Shown: positions 8,510-19,031, counted from the stretch's first letter. The stretch is 64,000 nucleotides of DNA from Desulfomicrobium sp. (GCA_040768745.1 JAXGMI010000002.1:736001-800000); one strand, 5' to 3'. The notes: a model not told the origin generated them from the letters alone. Made by a program: numbers and translations.

Positions 8510-9355
8510 ATGGCACTCCGTATCGGCAGAATAGACTATCTCAATATCTGGCATGTCTTCCATCTCCTGGCCGACATCTGCCCGGAAGGACCGGATTTCC
8601 TGTACGAACCCGGCCATCCAAGCCATCTCAACAGCAGCCTGGCGAATGGCACCCTGGACATTTCTCCGTCATCCTCTTTCGAGTACCTGCTCCACGCCGA
8701 GAAATACCGGCTTTTGCCTGGAGCCTCCATCAATGCCAGGAGCGAAGTACAGAGCGTTCTCTTCCTCTCGCCGGTCACTGTCGAGGAGCTGCCCGCCTGG
8801 CTGGCCCTCAATCCCGGCCCGGTCTGCCTGACCAAAGCTTCGGCCACCTCAACGTCACTTCTGCGCGTGCTCTGGTCTCAGAAGTGGAACCTGGCCGAGC
8901 CACACTGGCAGGAGGTCGAGCCTGGAACCGGCTTGGCCACAGGGCGTCCCTTCCTGGAAATCGGGAACTTGGCCCTGCGCCATTTTGTCCAACCACCTGC
9001 AGGATACCATGTCTACGATTTGGCCAGGGAATGGACGAGCTGGACAGGCCTCCCCGCTGTCTTTGCGGTCTGGATCGTGCGCCGCGGACTGCCGGAACCA
9101 GCCAGAAACCTGGTCCGCCGTCTGGGGCAGGGCATCATGACCATCACCTCCAGCCTGGAACAGCATTTCGAACGGCTGTGCGGTCTGCCAGAACTTCCGC
9201 ACTGGCTCAACAGCCCGGAGCTGCTGTGCTATTGGCGGGCAATGTCCTACGACCTGGGTCCCCAGGAGAGAGCTGGACTGGCCCTATTCGGGGAACGCTG
9301 CACGCGTCAGGGCCTCCTCCCCGGCATGCCTGCCTTGAGCTGGTTCAGTTCCTGA
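8510..9355 (+). CDS. mqnA: Chorismate dehydratase MqnA (futalosine menaquinone pathway)
   Basis: RIGRIDYLN, GHPSHLN, SSFEY, VQSVLF, SATS, IGNLAL and YDLAREW...TGLPAVFAVW motifs. Confidence 0.88.
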   Translation: MALRIGRIDYLNIWHVFHLLADICPEGPDFLYEPGHPSHLNSSLANGTLDISPSSSFEYLLHAEKYRLLPGASINARSEVQSVLFLSPVTVEELPAWLALNPGPVCLTKASATSTSLLRVLWSQKWNLAEPHWQEVEPGTGLATGRPFLEIGNLALRHFVQPPAGYHVYDLAREWTSWTGLPAVFAVWIVRRGLPEPARNLVRRLGQGIMTITSSLEQHFERLCGLPELPHWLNSPELLCYWRAMSYDLGPQERAGLALFGERCTRQGLLPGMPALSWFSS

Positions 9356-9505
9356 TCCCCAGTGGCATCGTCACGATGACTTTCCTCGTTCCGGGCCACT
9401 TCCTTGCGGACAGTCACGAACAACACCACCCATGACTCCTTGAGCTGGGCGCTGCGAGCGCATGTGCGCACGCCATTCGGGTTCGGCGCGCCACTCCGGC
9501 ACGGA

Positions 9506-10273
9506 TCACAACAGATCAAGCAAGTCAGAGTGGATATGCCCGTTGGTGGCTACGATCATGTGTTCTCCCAATCCATACGGAGCGCCGCCTTCGGCGCTGA
9601 TCCTGCCGCCAGCCTCTTCCACCAGGAGCCAGCCCGCAGCCGTGTCCCAGGGTTTGAGCCCGGTTTCATAATAACCGTCAAAACGGCCGCAGGCTGTATA
9701 GGCCAAGTCAATGGCTGCAGACCCCATCCGCCTGATGCCACGGGAGGCAAGAAGGACCCGCTTCAGGCGGTCACAGATCTGATCCACTTCCGTATAAAAA
9801 GAGTAAGGAAATCCGGTGGCGATGAGGCTTGACTGCATGTCTGTCGCGCTGCTGACGACCACCTTCTCGCCGTTCAAAAACGAACCCTGACCGCGCACGG
9901 CCCAGAACAGCTCATGGAGCATGGGCACATGCACAGCGCCCAGGACCACTTGGCCGCTGCGCCACAGGGCCACGGACACCGCAACCATGGGCAGGCCGTG
10001 GGCATAGTTGGTCGTCCCATCCACAGGGTCAACGATCCAGGTCAGTTCTCCGGGTTCCAGGGAGGTGTGCGATTCCTCCGCCAGGACAGTGGATCCAGAG
10101 ACAAGCCTCGGCAGGGCGTCACGCAGCAGGACCTCCACTGCCAGGTCAGTCTGGGTGAGGAGATCAATGCGGCCTTTGTGCATGATCTGTTTCGTTTCAC
10201 CCCACTGCCCCCGGACCAAATTTCCGGCGGCCTGCATGCAGGCCAGAAATCCGTTCACCAATTCGTTGCCCAT
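9506..10273 (-). CDS. suhB: Inositol monophosphatase family protein SuhB
   Basis: LAEE, WIVDPVDGTTNY, ATGFPY, RRMGSAAIDL and WDTAAG motifs. Confidence 0.92.
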   Translation of the reverse strand: MGNELVNGFLACMQAAGNLVRGQWGETKQIMHKGRIDLLTQTDLAVEVLLRDALPRLVSGSTVLAEESHTSLEPGELTWIVDPVDGTTNYAHGLPMVAVSVALWRSGQVVLGAVHVPMLHELFWAVRGQGSFLNGEKVVVSSATDMQSSLIATGFPYSFYTEVDQICDRLKRVLLASRGIRRMGSAAIDLAYTACGRFDGYYETGLKPWDTAAGWLLVEEAGGRISAEGGAPYGLGEHMIVATNGHIHSDLLDLL

Positions 10274-10491
10274 GATTTTCCTCCATCTCTGGAATTCTGC
10301 TTGCGCTTCGCCCGCTCAAGGGTAAATATTGAATTTGAAGAGCACTTTTCCTCTGTTCCTGTTTGTCCTGCCTCACGGCCCTCTCGGAGGCAAGGACGAA
10401 GCAAAAGTCGGTATAATCGCAAGCTTTTTCGTCGAGACCCAGGAAAATCGTCACACGCCGCTGCTAACCGTCAGCCGCAAGGGTAGGTTGT

Positions 10492-12153
10492 ATGCTTATC
10501 GGTATCGATGTCGGAGGAACCCATACAGACGGCGTCTGCATGAGAGACGGACGCGTGGAGGCCATGGTCAAGGTCCCCACGGACCATGACAATCTTCTGG
10601 CCACCATTTCGGAAGCACTTCATTCCATCCTGAAGGACTGTACTGGTGCACAGATTCGCACCATCAACCTGAGCACTACCCTGTCCACAAACGCCATTGT
10701 CACGGGCCGGACCGAAAAAGTGGGCATGTTCGTCATCCCCGGACCTGGAATAGATGCCCGCTCCTATGCGCTGGGCGACCAGTACCACATCCTGTCCGGC
10801 TGCACAGACCATCGTGGGGCAGTTTCCGCCAAGGCGAGGGTCGAATTCGTCAAGCCCCTGGCCGCCAAGTGCCGTGAAGAAGATATCCGGGTCTACGGTG
10901 TGGTGGGCAAGTTCTGCACCCGCAACCCAGAACAGGAACTGGCCATCTCCGGAGCCCTGGCCCCCCAGGCCGATTTCATCTCCCAGGGTCATCGTGTGTC
11001 TGAAGCGCTCAATTTCGGGCGCCGCATCAGCACCGCATACTACAATTCCGCTGTCTGGCGCACGTTCAACAACTTTGCCAACGCCCTGGAGCAGAGCGTG
11101 CGGAACCTAAACCTCCAGTCCGACATCAACATCGTCAAGGCTGACGGTGGGACCATGCCCATCCGCCTGGCCCGGGAGATTCCGGTTCAATCCATCTTTT
11201 CCGGCCCGGCAGCCTCTGTCATGGGTATCCTGAGCACGGTGCCGGTGTCCGAGGACGCCTTGATCCTGGACATCGGCGGCACGACGACAGATATAGCCGT
11301 GCTCCTGAACGGAATCCCGCTCCTGGAACGCGACGGCATTTCCATCGGCGAGCACCAGACCCTCGTCCGCGCCCTGAAGGTGGAGTCCATCGGCATCGGT
11401 GGAGACTCGTTCATTTGCTCCCGCGGTGGCCACCTGCAGGTGGGACCGGATCGCCACGGTCCGTGCATGGCCGCTGGAGGACCTTCCCCGGCCCTGATGG
11501 ATGCCATGAACATCCTGGGTTACGCATCTTTTGGAGATCGCGAGCGGTCGGCCAGAGGCATCAAGGAAGTGGCCATGGCCCAGGGCCTGTCGGCCAGGGA
11601 ATGCGCAGAACAGGCTGTGGACCTAGCCATGACGCTCCTGAAGAAAAAAGTCGATGCCTTTCTGGCGGCCATCAATGCACGGCCAGTGTACACCATTCAG
11701 GAAATCCTGGAAGACCGCATGGTCAAGCCCAAAAGCATTCTGCTCATCGGTGGACCGGCCGAGGCCATGGTGCCTCTGCTGGAGCAAAAGTTCTCCCTGC
11801 CAGCCATCGCCCCTCAATTCAGCCAGGTTGCCAACGCCATCGGGGCCTGCCTGACTCGGCCGACCCAGTCCCTGGTCCTGACCGCGGACACCTCCCGCGG
11901 CAGATTCACCGTGCCAGGCCTGGGTATCCACAAGACAGTCAAACGGACATACACGCTGGAAGAAGCCGTGCACGACGCAACCACCCTGTTGCGGTCCGAA
12001 CTGGACCGTCAGGGCATTCCGGCCGAGGACGGGGATATCCAGGTCATTGAGGCCGATGCCTTTAACATGGTTGAAGGCCACTACACCATCGGCCGCAACA
12101 TCCGCGTCCGCTGTCAGATGCGGCCCGGAGTCATCACCACCCTGGCTTCCTAG
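10492..12153 (+). CDS. Hydantoinase/oxoprolinase A-subunit family protein
   Basis: GIDVGGTHTD, STTLSTNA, SGPAAS, DIGGTTTD, SIGIGGDS and VANAIGA motifs. Confidence 0.88.
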   Translation: MLIGIDVGGTHTDGVCMRDGRVEAMVKVPTDHDNLLATISEALHSILKDCTGAQIRTINLSTTLSTNAIVTGRTEKVGMFVIPGPGIDARSYALGDQYHILSGCTDHRGAVSAKARVEFVKPLAAKCREEDIRVYGVVGKFCTRNPEQELAISGALAPQADFISQGHRVSEALNFGRRISTAYYNSAVWRTFNNFANALEQSVRNLNLQSDINIVKADGGTMPIRLAREIPVQSIFSGPAASVMGILSTVPVSEDALILDIGGTTTDIAVLLNGIPLLERDGISIGEHQTLVRALKVESIGIGGDSFICSRGGHLQVGPDRHGPCMAAGGPSPALMDAMNILGYASFGDRERSARGIKEVAMAQGLSARECAEQAVDLAMTLLKKKVDAFLAAINARPVYTIQEILEDRMVKPKSILLIGGPAEAMVPLLEQKFSLPAIAPQFSQVANAIGACLTRPTQSLVLTADTSRGRFTVPGLGIHKTVKRTYTLEEAVHDATTLLRSELDRQGIPAEDGDIQVIEADAFNMVEGHYTIGRNIRVRCQMRPGVITTLAS

Positions 12154-12167
12154 CTTTCGGAGGGACC

Positions 12168-13475
12168 ATGCTCAAAGCACAATCACGCCTTGGCATCATC
12201 TTTTTTCCGGCTTTCGACTGGGCCATCTCTGCCACCCATCCCGAACGGGAGGAGCGACTCCTGTACACCCAGGACCAGTTCAAGGAAGAAGGGATCTTCG
12301 ACATCGATGGCATCGCTGAATATCGCCCCCTCATTGCCGAAGAGAAGGACATCCTGCGCGCCCATTTCTGCTTTCCCGATGTGGCCTCGGTGTGTACCAA
12401 TTCGCATCTCATTTCGGCCGGCGGTGTCATCCGTGCGGCAAAGCTGGTCATGGAAAAGGAGCGTGAACGGGCCTTTGCCGTGGTCCGCCCCCCCGGACAC
12501 CACGCCATGCGCACGGTCCACGGCAGCCGCGGGTTCTGCAACGTGAACATCGAGGCTGTCATGATCGAATGGATCCGCGAACACTACGGCAACCTGCGCG
12601 TTGCCGTGGTCGACACGGACTGTCACCATGGCGACGGGACCCAGGATATCTACTGGCATGACCCCGATGTGCTGTTTATTTCCCTGCACCAGGACGGCCG
12701 CACCCTCTATCCCGGGACGGGCTTTCCCTCGGAATCGGGCGGCCCCAAGGCCCTGGGCCGGACCATCAACATACCCATGCCTCCGCGAACGTCCGATGAC
12801 GGATATCTGATGACCGTGAAAAACATTGTCATGCCCATTTTGGACCACTTCAAGCCTGACCTGATCATTAATTCCGCCGGCCAGGACAACCATTTTTCGG
12901 ACCCCATCACCAACATGAACTTCACGGCCCAGGGCTATGCAAAATTGACCGCCATGCTCAAACCGGACATTGCCGTGCTGGAGGGCGGATACGCCATCAA
13001 AGGGGCATTGCCCTATGTCAATCTGGGCATCAGCCTGGCCCTGGCCGGGGTGGACTTTTCAGCCGTGCAGGAGCCGGAATTGGATCGGGACCGGATTCGC
13101 GAGCAGCAATCGACCATGGACTACCTCAAGGCCCTGTGCGATCAGCTCCCAGAGGTTTACTTCAATCCCAGACCTGTCGACGTGGTTCGGGAGGGCGGAT
13201 ATTTCGTCCGCCGCAGGTCCATCTACTACGACACGGACGACATCACGGAAACCCAGGTCGAACGCGTCAAGGACTGCCCTCATTGTCCCGGCCTGATCAT
13301 CACCGAGTCCGAAACTGCGCAGACCCCGAGATCCCTGGGGCTGTATGTTCCTGTGCAGGGCTGCGACCTGTGCAGTCAGGAGGCTGAAGAGCGCTTCTCC
13401 AAAGGCCGACAGGCTGGATTTGCCCATGTCCAACTTTCGGATCGGATCGCCAAAAAGTACACGTACATAAAATAA
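12168..13475 (+). CDS. Histone deacetylase-family (Zn) amidohydrolase with Cys-rich C-terminal extension
   Basis: HPE, RPPGHH, GFC, DTDCHHGDGTQ, SAGQD and LEGGY motifs. C-terminal CPHC...CDLC. Confidence 0.9.
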   Translation: MLKAQSRLGIIFFPAFDWAISATHPEREERLLYTQDQFKEEGIFDIDGIAEYRPLIAEEKDILRAHFCFPDVASVCTNSHLISAGGVIRAAKLVMEKERERAFAVVRPPGHHAMRTVHGSRGFCNVNIEAVMIEWIREHYGNLRVAVVDTDCHHGDGTQDIYWHDPDVLFISLHQDGRTLYPGTGFPSESGGPKALGRTINIPMPPRTSDDGYLMTVKNIVMPILDHFKPDLIINSAGQDNHFSDPITNMNFTAQGYAKLTAMLKPDIAVLEGGYAIKGALPYVNLGISLALAGVDFSAVQEPELDRDRIREQQSTMDYLKALCDQLPEVYFNPRPVDVVREGGYFVRRRSIYYDTDDITETQVERVKDCPHCPGLIITESETAQTPRSLGLYVPVQGCDLCSQEAEERFSKGRQAGFAHVQLSDRIAKKYTYIK

Positions 13476-13481
13476 CCGATT

Positions 13482-13509
13482 CCCGGGCATGGGAGCACCC
13501 ATGCCCGGG
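13482..13509 (+). terminator. Perfect 12-bp hairpin after the deacetylase gene (terminator or 3' stabiliser)
   Basis: CCCGGGCATGGG-agca-CCCATGCCCGGG, with only a weak T tail. Confidence 0.5.
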
Positions 13510-13547
13510 CTTCCCCACACCTTCAACCCTCGCCTTTTTACCCGACC

Positions 13548-13565
13548 TTGTCATCCTCTTGCCAC
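13548..13565 (+). promoter_or_regulatory. Putative Pho box upstream of DUF47-PiT
   Basis: TTGTCAT-N4-TTGCCAC 11-bp-periodic direct repeat resembling CTGTCAT-N4-CTGTCAC. A further TGTTAC half-site lies at 13580. Confidence 0.45.
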
Positions 13566-13717
13566 AAATGATTCCAGAATGTTACAAATTGTTGACAAGA
13601 GTTATTGCCTCAATTGAACCAACGAGATAAATTCCTACGCGTCGGCTGCTTGTCGCGTTGATCCCTGGGGATGGCAGACAACCCGGCCGGACCAACCCCA
13701 ACACCGGAGAAACGCGC

Positions 13718-14347
13718 ATGGCTTTTTCCCTCTTCCCCAAGAACATCCATTTTTTCGAACTGCTGCTCAAACAGAACGGCATATTGAAGGAAACCTCCCT
13801 CGAGTTGATGAAAATCCTGGACGACTTCAGTTGCGTTGACGCAGGATGCCGGAGCGTCACCCTGCTGGAGGCCGAGGGCGACGAACTCTGCCGGGAAATA
13901 GCCCGCCTGCTCTCCCAGACCTTCATCACCCCCATCGATCGCGAAGACATCTACCGCCTGAATCTGGCCCAGGAGGACTCCATCAACTATATCACGGCCA
14001 TCGCTTCGCGTTTGCGGCTGTATGGGTTCGATCATATCCGCTTTCCAGCACGCAAGATGGCCCGCAACATCCGTGACATGGTCGGTGTTACGGGCGACAT
14101 GCTCAGTTGTCTGCAAACAAAAAAAGATGTCACCGCCCAGATCCGGAAGATGAAGAGTCTCAAAGTCGAGTGCGAAATGCTCTTCTCCACGGGCTTGGCT
14201 GAACTGCAGGACCAGGATGTGCCTGATACGAAAGAAGTCATCAACATCATGCGCTGGTCCCAGGTCTATGACCGTTTCGAGATGGCCATCGAGCGGATCG
14301 ATGACCTGGCTGACGCCATTGAAGAAGTGGTGCTGAAAAATGCTTGA
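13718..14347 (+). CDS. DUF47 / PhoU-like phosphate transport regulator (PiT accessory protein)
   Basis: LEAEGDEL...LSQTFITPIDREDIYRL and C-terminal VLKNA. Overlaps the PiT start. Confidence 0.9.
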   Translation: MAFSLFPKNIHFFELLLKQNGILKETSLELMKILDDFSCVDAGCRSVTLLEAEGDELCREIARLLSQTFITPIDREDIYRLNLAQEDSINYITAIASRLRLYGFDHIRFPARKMARNIRDMVGVTGDMLSCLQTKKDVTAQIRKMKSLKVECEMLFSTGLAELQDQDVPDTKEVINIMRWSQVYDRFEMAIERIDDLADAIEEVVLKNA

Positions 14348-15350
14348 AATCCCCCTTCTCCTTGCCGTCATCGTCCTGGTGGCCCTGGTCTTTGACTTCA
14401 CGAATGGGGCCCATGACTGCGCCAACGCCATCGCCACAGTGGTGTCCACCAAGGTCATGTCCCCGCGCACGGCCGTCATGATGGCCGCCGTCCTGAATCT
14501 GGTCGGAGCGCTGCTGGGCGAAGAGGTGGCCCATACACTGGGTTCAGGCATCATCAACACGGACATGGTCATGGGCTGTCAGGCCCTGGTCTTGGCCGCG
14601 CTCATCGGGGCCATCGCCTGGAACCTGATCACCTGGTACTTCGGCATCCCCTCTTCCTCCTCCCATGCCCTCATCGGCGGACTCATCGGCGCAGCCATCA
14701 GCCACGCTGGTCTGTCCTCCCTGCACGCCATCTCCATCGTCAAGAAGGTCCTGCTGCCCCTGGTTCTCTCACCCCTGGCAGGATTTGTTGTCAGCTACAT
14801 GGTCATGGCCATGATCATGTTCCTTTTCTGGCGGACCAACCGGCGCAGCGTTTCCCGGTATTTCGAGAAACTGCAGATTTTGTCCTCGGCCTTCATGGCC
14901 ACCAGCCACGGCCTCAATGACGCCCAGAAAACCATGGGTGTCATCACCCTGGCCCTCTTCCTTTTCCACAAGATCGACACGATCCATGTCCCGCTATGGG
15001 TCAAACTGGCCTGCGCCACGGCCATGGCCATGGGCACAGCCATGGGCGGATGGAAAATAGTCAAGACCATGGGGCACAAGATCTTCAAGCTTGAGCCCGT
15101 GCATGGTTTCGCCGCAGAAACCTCCGCTGCCATGGTCATCACAGGGGCCTCCCTCATCGGAGCCCCCATTTCCACGACCCACACCATCAGCGCCTGCGTT
15201 TTCGGAGTCGGCGCGACCAAACGCCTTTCCGCCGTGCGCTGGGGAATCGCAGGAAACCTGATCGTGGCCTGGATTCTGACCATCCCGGCCTCGGCCAGCA
15301 TAGCGGGGTTCTGTTTTCTGCTCTTCAAGGTGGCCGGCATCGCCGACTGA
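14340..15350 (+). CDS. Inorganic phosphate transporter, PiT family
   Basis: Two PiT signatures (NGAHDCANAIAT and HGLNDAQK), PSSSSHAL and PISTTH. Confidence 0.94.
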   Translation: MLEIPLLLAVIVLVALVFDFTNGAHDCANAIATVVSTKVMSPRTAVMMAAVLNLVGALLGEEVAHTLGSGIINTDMVMGCQALVLAALIGAIAWNLITWYFGIPSSSSHALIGGLIGAAISHAGLSSLHAISIVKKVLLPLVLSPLAGFVVSYMVMAMIMFLFWRTNRRSVSRYFEKLQILSSAFMATSHGLNDAQKTMGVITLALFLFHKIDTIHVPLWVKLACATAMAMGTAMGGWKIVKTMGHKIFKLEPVHGFAAETSAAMVITGASLIGAPISTTHTISACVFGVGATKRLSAVRWGIAGNLIVAWILTIPASASIAGFCFLLFKVAGIAD

Positions 15351-15400
15351 AGAATCGGCTTTACAAATCAAGCCGCCGCATCTAAAAAGTCTATACAAAT

Positions 15401-15484
15401 GCTGGGGGAGCCCGCCAGGGCTGAGAGGGGAGTCGCATTCCCGACCCTTTGAACCTGACGCAGTTCATGCTGCCGGAGGGAAGC
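15401..15484 (+). promoter_or_regulatory. TPP (thiamine pyrophosphate) riboswitch aptamer
   Basis: GGGG...GCTGAGA...GACCCTTTGAACCTGA...GGGAAGC consensus directly upstream of thiS. Confidence 0.93.
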
Positions 15485-15511
15485 TGGTTCAGATCCAAGA
15501 CCTTCACAACG

Positions 15512-15537
15512 AACCGCGCCCCTGGCGCGGTTTTTTT
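15512..15537 (+). terminator. Intrinsic terminator forming the TPP riboswitch expression platform
   Basis: AACCGCGCC-cct-GGCGCGGTT followed by a T tract, between the aptamer and the thiS ribosome-binding site. Confidence 0.8.
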
Positions 15538-15571
15538 GTGCGCGCGTCAAAAAACGATCCCGGAGGAAACA

Positions 15572-15772
15572 ATGCGTGTCATTGTCAACGGACGAGAAAT
15601 GATGCTTGATGGAGGGCTTAGCCTGCGTGATCTCATCGCTTCGGTGCATGCGGACCCTGCCGTGGTGGTGGCCGAGCTGAACAGGAATATCGTGCCCAGC
15701 TCGGCGTTCTCCGAAACCATGCTGCAGGACGGGGACAGGGTGGAACTCCTGAGCTTTGTCGGCGGGGGATGA
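15572..15772 (+). CDS. thiS: Sulfur carrier protein ThiS
   Basis: 66 aa: MRVIVNG...VVAELNRNIV...DRVELLSFVGGG with C-terminal GG. GGAGG ribosome-binding site. Confidence 0.95.
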   Translation: MRVIVNGREMMLDGGLSLRDLIASVHADPAVVVAELNRNIVPSSAFSETMLQDGDRVELLSFVGGG

Positions 15773-15832
15773 ACCGATACCCGTAATTCTCCCCTGACCA
15801 CCACTTTTTGACCGCAAGTCGCAAGGATTGAT

Positions 15833-16624
15833 ATGGAACAGACCGATACATTCGAACTCGGCGGGCGGGCCCTGACCAGCCGCCTTTTCACCGGAACCGG
15901 CAAATACGGCGACGATGGCCTCATCCCGGCCGTATGCGAAGCCTCAGGCTCCCAGGTCATCACCGTTGCCCTCCGTCGGGTTGATCTCGACAAAGGAGCG
16001 GACAACGTCATGCGCCATATCCCCGGTCACATGACCCTCCTGCCCAACACCTCCGGCGCGCGCACCGCGGACGAGGCCGTGCGCATCGCGCGCCTTGCCA
16101 GGGCCATTGGTTGCGGCAACTGGATCAAGATCGAGGTCATCTCGGACAACCGCTATCTTCTGCCCGACGGATACGAAACAGTCAGGGCCACGGAAATTCT
16201 GGCCCGGGAGGGCTTTGTTGTCCTGCCGTACATGAACCCGGACCTCTATGTGGCCCGCTCCCTGGCAAACGCCGGAGCCGCGGCCATCATGCCCCTGGGC
16301 GCCCCCATCGGGACCAACCGGGGGCTGAGAACCGAAGAGATGATCCGCATCCTGATCGAGGAAATGTCCCTGCCCATCATCGTCGACGCCGGCATCGGCA
16401 CCCCGAGTCAGGCCTGCCAAGCCATGGAAATGGGCGCACATGCCTGCCTGGTCAACACCGCCATCGCCACCGCAGCCGATCCCATAGGCATGGCCCGTGC
16501 TTTTGGCCAGGCGGTTCAGGCCGGGCGCAGGGCCTACCTCGCCGGGTTGGGTTCGGTAGCCGCCCTGGCCCGGGCCTCCTCGCCCTTGACTGGATTTCTG
16601 GATCAGGAGGAGGGCGGCATATGA
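15833..16624 (+). CDS. thiG: Thiazole synthase ThiG
   Basis: [34 protein letters not shown] and ASSPL motifs. Confidence 0.97.
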   Translation: MEQTDTFELGGRALTSRLFTGTGKYGDDGLIPAVCEASGSQVITVALRRVDLDKGADNVMRHIPGHMTLLPNTSGARTADEAVRIARLARAIGCGNWIKIEVISDNRYLLPDGYETVRATEILAREGFVVLPYMNPDLYVARSLANAGAAAIMPLGAPIGTNRGLRTEEMIRILIEEMSLPIIVDAGIGTPSQACQAMEMGAHACLVNTAIATAADPIGMARAFGQAVQAGRRAYLAGLGSVAALARASSPLTGFLDQEEGGI

Positions 16625-17733
16625 CCTTCCTGCCTGAAGCCCTGCATCTGGCCACATACCCCCTGGAGGGCAGTTTCCAGAAGGTGGACGGAAACGAGGT
16701 TCTTCGCGCCATCGGCCGGGATTCCCTCACCGCCGAGGGATTCCTGGCCCTGCTCTCCCCGGCAGCCTCACCCCATCTCGAAGCCATGGCCTCCCGTGCG
16801 CGGGATCTGACCATGCGCCATTTCGGCCGGACAGTGAGCCTTTTCACCCCTCTCTACCTTTCCAATCACTGCGCCAACCATTGCCGCTACTGCGGTTTCG
16901 CGGCCAGGAACACCATCCCGCGCACCCAGCTGAACCTGGAAGAAGTCCGAGCCGAGGGTGAAGCAATAGCGGCCACCGGACTGAAGCAGATTCTCCTCCT
17001 GACCGGCGAAGCCCCGCACAAGGCCGGGGTGGACTATCTGGAGGCCTGCGTCGCGGTGCTGAGGCCCCTGTTTCCCTCCATCGCCATCGAGGTCTTTCCC
17101 ATGGAAACAGAGGACTATGCCCGGCTGGTCCGAGCCGGGGTGGACGGACTGACGGTCTTCCAGGAAACCTACGATCCCGAGCTCTACGCCCAGCTCCATC
17201 CAGCCGGCCCCAAGAGGGATTTCGTCTTCCGTTTGAACACGCCCCAGCGCGGTGCCGAGGCGGGCATGCGCATCGTCAATATTGGCGCACTGCTCGGCCT
17301 TTCAGACTGGCGGCGTGAGATCTTCGCCACCGGCCTGCACGCAGCCTGGCTGCAACGGCAATATCCAGGCGTGGACATAGCCGTGTCCCTGCCCCGTATG
17401 CGTCCTCATGCCGGGGACTTCGAACCCGCCTGCGTGGTTTCGGATCGCGACCTTGTCCAGGCCATGACCGCGTTGCGTATCTTTCTCCCCAGGCTGTCCG
17501 TCACGATCTCGACCCGCGAAACGCCGCGCTTCCGGGACAACATTCTGCCTCTGGGCGTGACCCGCATGTCCGCCGGGGTCAGCACGGCCGTGGGAGGACA
17601 CGCCAAGCCCGCAGAAACCGGGCAGTTCGAGATCTCCGACGGCCGCAGCGTGGCCGAGGTCTGCCAAGTGCTCCGGGCCAGGGGCTACCAGCCTGTCTTC
17701 AAGGACTGGGAACCCCTGGAGGCGTCGGCGTGA
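16621..17733 (+). CDS. thiH: 2-iminoacetate synthase ThiH (radical SAM tyrosine lyase)
   Basis: [33 protein letters not shown] and YQPVFKDW motifs. ATGA overlap with thiG. Confidence 0.95.
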   Translation: MTFLPEALHLATYPLEGSFQKVDGNEVLRAIGRDSLTAEGFLALLSPAASPHLEAMASRARDLTMRHFGRTVSLFTPLYLSNHCANHCRYCGFAARNTIPRTQLNLEEVRAEGEAIAATGLKQILLLTGEAPHKAGVDYLEACVAVLRPLFPSIAIEVFPMETEDYARLVRAGVDGLTVFQETYDPELYAQLHPAGPKRDFVFRLNTPQRGAEAGMRIVNIGALLGLSDWRREIFATGLHAAWLQRQYPGVDIAVSLPRMRPHAGDFEPACVVSDRDLVQAMTALRIFLPRLSVTISTRETPRFRDNILPLGVTRMSAGVSTAVGGHAKPAETGQFEISDGRSVAEVCQVLRARGYQPVFKDWEPLEASA

Positions 17734-18356
17734 ACGCATTCGAGCAGGGTTTGACCCGTCACCTGGACGCCGGCTGGCTGCTCTATGCCCGGAACATCCG
17801 CATAGGCCTTATCGGCGCCGGCGGGCTGGGCTCCAACTGCGCCATGCACCTGGCCCGATCCGGATTCTCGAACCTGATCCTGGTCGATCCGGACCGGATC
17901 GAGGCCTCCAACCTGAACCGCCAGACGTTCTTCCTGCGGCAACTCGGATTCCCCAAAGTCGAGGCCCTGCGTGACAACATTCTGGCCGTGAATCCGGCCG
18001 CGCAAATCGAAACGCACATCCTGAGCGTGGAAGAGACGAACATCATGGCCCTGTTTGGCTCCTGCCAGGCCGTGATAGAAGCCGTGGACCAGGCCGGGAC
18101 CAAGAGGATGATCGCCGAGAGATTGGCGCCTGCCGGATGCCTTGTGGTCAGCGCCTCAGGCATGGGCGGCTCGGGTCGGACAGGGGCGATGCGTGTGCAC
18201 GCCCTGGGCACGAACCTGGTCGTGGTCGGGGACATGGCAACGCCTTGCGACGAAAACACCCCACCCCTGTCCCCGGGCGTCGGGATGGCCGCAGCCATGC
18301 AGGCCGACATTGTCCTGCAGCATTTCCTCAACCAGCACCAAGCGAGCAGAACATGA
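17730..18356 (+). CDS. thiF: ThiS adenylyltransferase ThiF (short form)
   Basis: GAGGLGS, SNLNRQ and KVEAL motifs. GTGA overlap with thiH, within the thi operon. Confidence 0.9.
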   Translation: MNAFEQGLTRHLDAGWLLYARNIRIGLIGAGGLGSNCAMHLARSGFSNLILVDPDRIEASNLNRQTFFLRQLGFPKVEALRDNILAVNPAAQIETHILSVEETNIMALFGSCQAVIEAVDQAGTKRMIAERLAPAGCLVVSASGMGGSGRTGAMRVHALGTNLVVVGDMATPCDENTPPLSPGVGMAAAMQADIVLQHFLNQHQASRT

Positions 18357-19021
18357 ACGGACGCATCCTGGTTTCCGGTCTCATCCGTGAAGGTGGCCTC
18401 TACGGGCTGACCGCCGAAAAATTCTCCCTCGGCCGCTCCAACCCCGACGTGGTCCGGGCCATGCTCGATGCCGGAATACGCATCGTCCAGTACCGCGAAA
18501 AGACGAAGAAAATGGGCGCCAAGTACGAGGAATGCAAGGTTCTGCGGGCCATGACGCGAGAACATGGCGCGGCCTTCATCATCAACGACGACATCGACTT
18601 GGCCCTGCTGGTCAACGCCGACGGCGTGCACGTGGGACAGGAGGACTTGCCTGTGCAGGCAGTCCGCCGCCTGGTCGGGGAGGGCATGGCCATCGGCCTG
18701 TCCACCCATGCCCCGCATGAGGCCGTTGCCGCGGCAACGGCCGGGGCCGACTATATCGGCGTAGGGCCCATTTTTGCCACCCAGACTAAGGAAGACGTCT
18801 GTGCTCCGGTAGGGCTCGCATACCTGGATTTCGTGGTCCGGGAAATCGATCTGCCTTTCGTGGCCATCGGCGGAATCAAGGAGGTCAACCTGCCTGACGT
18901 CGTGGCCCATGGCGCACGCTGCGCGGCCCTGGTCACGGAGATTGTCGGGGCCGGGGACATGCAAACAAAAATCGCCCGCCTGCAGTCGTTGATGAATGCT
19001 CGCCTGCGCACCGTTTCCTGA
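18353..19021 (+). CDS. thiE: Thiamine phosphate synthase ThiE
   Basis: VQYREK, FIINDD, GVHVGQED, GLSTH, TQTK and VAIGGI motifs. ATGA overlap with thiF. Confidence 0.95.
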   Translation: MNGRILVSGLIREGGLYGLTAEKFSLGRSNPDVVRAMLDAGIRIVQYREKTKKMGAKYEECKVLRAMTREHGAAFIINDDIDLALLVNADGVHVGQEDLPVQAVRRLVGEGMAIGLSTHAPHEAVAAATAGADYIGVGPIFATQTKEDVCAPVGLAYLDFVVREIDLPFVAIGGIKEVNLPDVVAHGARCAALVTEIVGAGDMQTKIARLQSLMNARLRTVS

Positions 19022-19031
19022 GCGGGTGTGC

